A stretch of DNA of 63,355 nt, counting the filler, from Piptocephalis cylindrospora (taxonomy: Eukaryota): the NCBI GenBank assembly GCA_003614145.1. It is 27 parts of 27 records of this genome, joined end to end, with 100 filler letters (N's around TTAATTAATTAA, not from the genome) between each part and the next. Parts side by side here need not be neighbours in the genome. Positions count along the whole stretch, not along the records: positions 61,128 to 63,355 come from KZ989034.1; 26 more parts are not named here. One strand, given 5' to 3'. Every line of letters begins with the position of its first letter. The stretch's first letter is position 1. The position numbers and the translations under genes are program-made. Of this stretch, positions 61,266 through 63,355 are shown piece by piece. Under the pieces are notes generated by a model. It was not told the DNA's origin. It saw nothing but the letters and a program-made list of their open reading frames with translations, and searched no databases.

Positions 61266-63355
61266 ATGCACACCGCCATGGGCAATGCGGATGCCCTTAA
61301 CCTACTCCTCACCACTCCATCGTCGCAAAAAGCTTCTGAAGCACAGGTCCAGGCTCTTCATGTCCTTCGGAATGCTGTGATCGGTCATCGACAGCGGAAA
61401 GTCCAGTTGCTTCAATCCCCTATCATTCAACGGGTCCACACCATCCTCGAGGATAAGAATACGGGCATGGACGTGGCCATTGAGGCTATAATCCTCCTGG
61501 GATCCTTAGCCTTTTCCGAGGCTCCTTCCCTACCTTCTCTAGTGACCACTCCATCCGTCCTACGGCCTCTGTTTGCCTTATTGACCCGAGTATCCCCACC
61601 GCCCTTGCTTCTTGCCACCCTTCGGACTCTTAAGGCCCTCGCCCACCCGAATATGCCCTTCTCTCTTTCCCTCCACCAGGCTCGCATGCTCATTTCTCTT
61701 CTTTACCCCCTTCCTGATCATCCCACCTCTTCTTCCTTACCCATAGCCTCCCAGTGTGCTGGGCTCATCCATCACCTCGTTACTCGTCCCGTCCTGGCCC
61801 GTGTACTTGTTTCCCCCGGAGCGTCTCTCCCCCAGGGTCGCACATTACTGGGAGGCTTGGTTCATCTCATTGGCAGTGGCTACTCTAGACCCCGACTCTT
61901 GGCCCTCGACGCCATATCCAACCTGTCTATCCATGCTTCCATTGCCGATCAAATTGTTATTGATGGTCAGTGCCAAATCAAGGAGCGGAGGATAATTAAA
62001 AAGGTATCCCTCAGCATAGACCTCCCCTGTATACCCTTCCATGCTTTCCCCTCCAGAAGAAGAGATAGAAGGAGATGTTTCCCTCTTTATGGGCCTTTCC
62101 ATTTTGGTTTCCTACTCAAATCATTGCCTGTCAATGGTAAGTATGGGATTTTTATTGTGATTTGATTCCTAAAAACCATTGTCTTATCCTTTTTCCTCCT
62201 CTATTTCTCCTAGCTTAACCCGGCTCTTCCGAGTGGGATCTTTCCGGAAAATGCCTCTTCAGGTGGAAAAACTTACAAACCTTGTCATACCCACTCTCAT
62301 CCAGCTCATGGCTTTGCCCAATGCCAAAGATATCCCAAAGTACGTTCAAGAAGCTGCTCCCCTCGTATTTGCCCAGCTAGTTAGTGAGAATGAGCAATTT
62401 CAGGAAGCTGCCGCTTCTGCCGGGGCCATTAATGCTATCTCTGAGGTTCTGAAGTATCTTGGCAGTGAGGATGAACCTGAAGAGGATTGGGAGGAAGACG
62501 AAGAGGAAATGGAAGAGGAAACGGGAGAGGTAAAGGAGGACATGGGGGAGGTAAAGGAGGAAAATGGGATGGGGGCGGAGACGAAGGAAGATAAGGAGGA
62601 AAAGGGTGAAGAGATCAATGCAGAGATAAGGGTAGAGCAGGAAACCAAAATGGAAAGGCCCATAAAGAGGGAAACATCTCCTTCTATCTCTTCTTCTGGA
62701 GGGGAAAGCATGGAAGGGTATACAGGGGAGGTCTATGCTGAGGGATCCATCGCCTCATCCCTTATCCTTCACTCTTCCCTCTCCCTTGCCCCTCCTCATT
62801 TTGGACCTCGGCAATGTGAGGATGGGTGGCATCGACGCATGCGGGAGCATCTCCTCCTTGCTCTAGGTGCCTCCTGCTCCTTGCATGAGGAGTGTAGGCA
62901 ACTCCTGGTTGAACGAGGTCTTGTTCCCTACGTCATCACTGCTCTTTCCAGCCGGGATTCCCGGGTTCGCATGGCGGCTTGCCAATGTGCTCGATCTGTT
63001 AGTCGAAGTGTCCGACTTCTCCGCACTACCCTGGTGGATCATGGGGCTGCCGCTCCCCTAGTGGCCTTGCTTCGGGAACGGGAGAAGAATCTCCTGGTCC
63101 TGGCTCTTATTACCTTATGCAACATTATCCTCGAATTTTCCCCTATGAAAAGAGCCATCATGGATACGGAAGGTCTGGAGCGCATCGTCCAACTGAGCAG
63201 GGATGCAGATATAGACATCAGATACAACGCCGTCTTTGCCTTGGGGAACCTTACGGCTCAGGCTTCCTCAGATATCAAGGAGAAAATCCTCGGGAGTATG
63301 GGATACCCAGGACTTCGAGCCCTACTGGATGACTCGGATCTTCGGGTTCAGGCCC
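61266..63355 (+). CDS. ARMC8: Armadillo-repeat protein, ARMC8-like (GID/CTLH complex), 3' partial, disrupted by an internal inversion
   Basis: ALHVLRNAVIGHRQRK, EAIILLGSLAF, AACQCARSVSRSVRLLRTTLVD and TLCNIILEFSPMK match ARMC8. Confidence 0.88.
62006..62113 (-). repeat. 108-bp inverted copy of 62639-62746 (probable amplification chimera)
   Basis: Reverse complement of an acidic coding stretch further down the same gene. Confidence 0.92.

Overview
This is not one locus. It is 27 unlinked small contigs (about 2.1-2.3 kb, roughly sorted by decreasing length) joined by an artificial 100-bp linker (N44-TTAATTAATTAA-N44), so gene neighbourhoods across linkers are meaningless. The DNA is eukaryotic, with short GT-AG introns and fungal-type housekeeping genes: P4-ATPase, MDJ1, PIB1, VPS11, ERG1, ERG28, IDI1, ADE1, mL44, BUD13, KAP104, PRP43, SLH1/ASCC3, IBA57, TSC13, PRX1, a SET3-like gene, an OSCA/TMEM63 channel, ARMC8 and tRNA-Leu(AAG). 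Genes better known from animals (PX-SGK kinase, RalGAP-beta, CDK5RAP1/MiaB, group-I truncated globin) point to an early-diverging non-Dikarya fungus. My unverified guess is a Zoopagomycota mycoparasite such as Piptocephalis. Two inverted duplications and one probable gene-fusion chimera suggest a whole-genome-amplified (single-cell MDA) assembly. The most interesting candidates are: (1) a 49-aa secreted Pro/Arg-rich peptide missed by the ORF track that resembles insect proline-rich antimicrobial peptides; (2) an intronless protein with two truncated-globin domains, altered distal pockets and three CP heme-regulatory-like motifs; (3) a divergent non-RD kinase apparently preceded by a signal peptide; (4) an L1-like LINE family whose 3' tail, ending in (CAA)n or ATC-type repeats, is dispersed over four contigs, one copy with a clear target-site duplication; (5) further orphan secreted proteins, some interrupted by stops.
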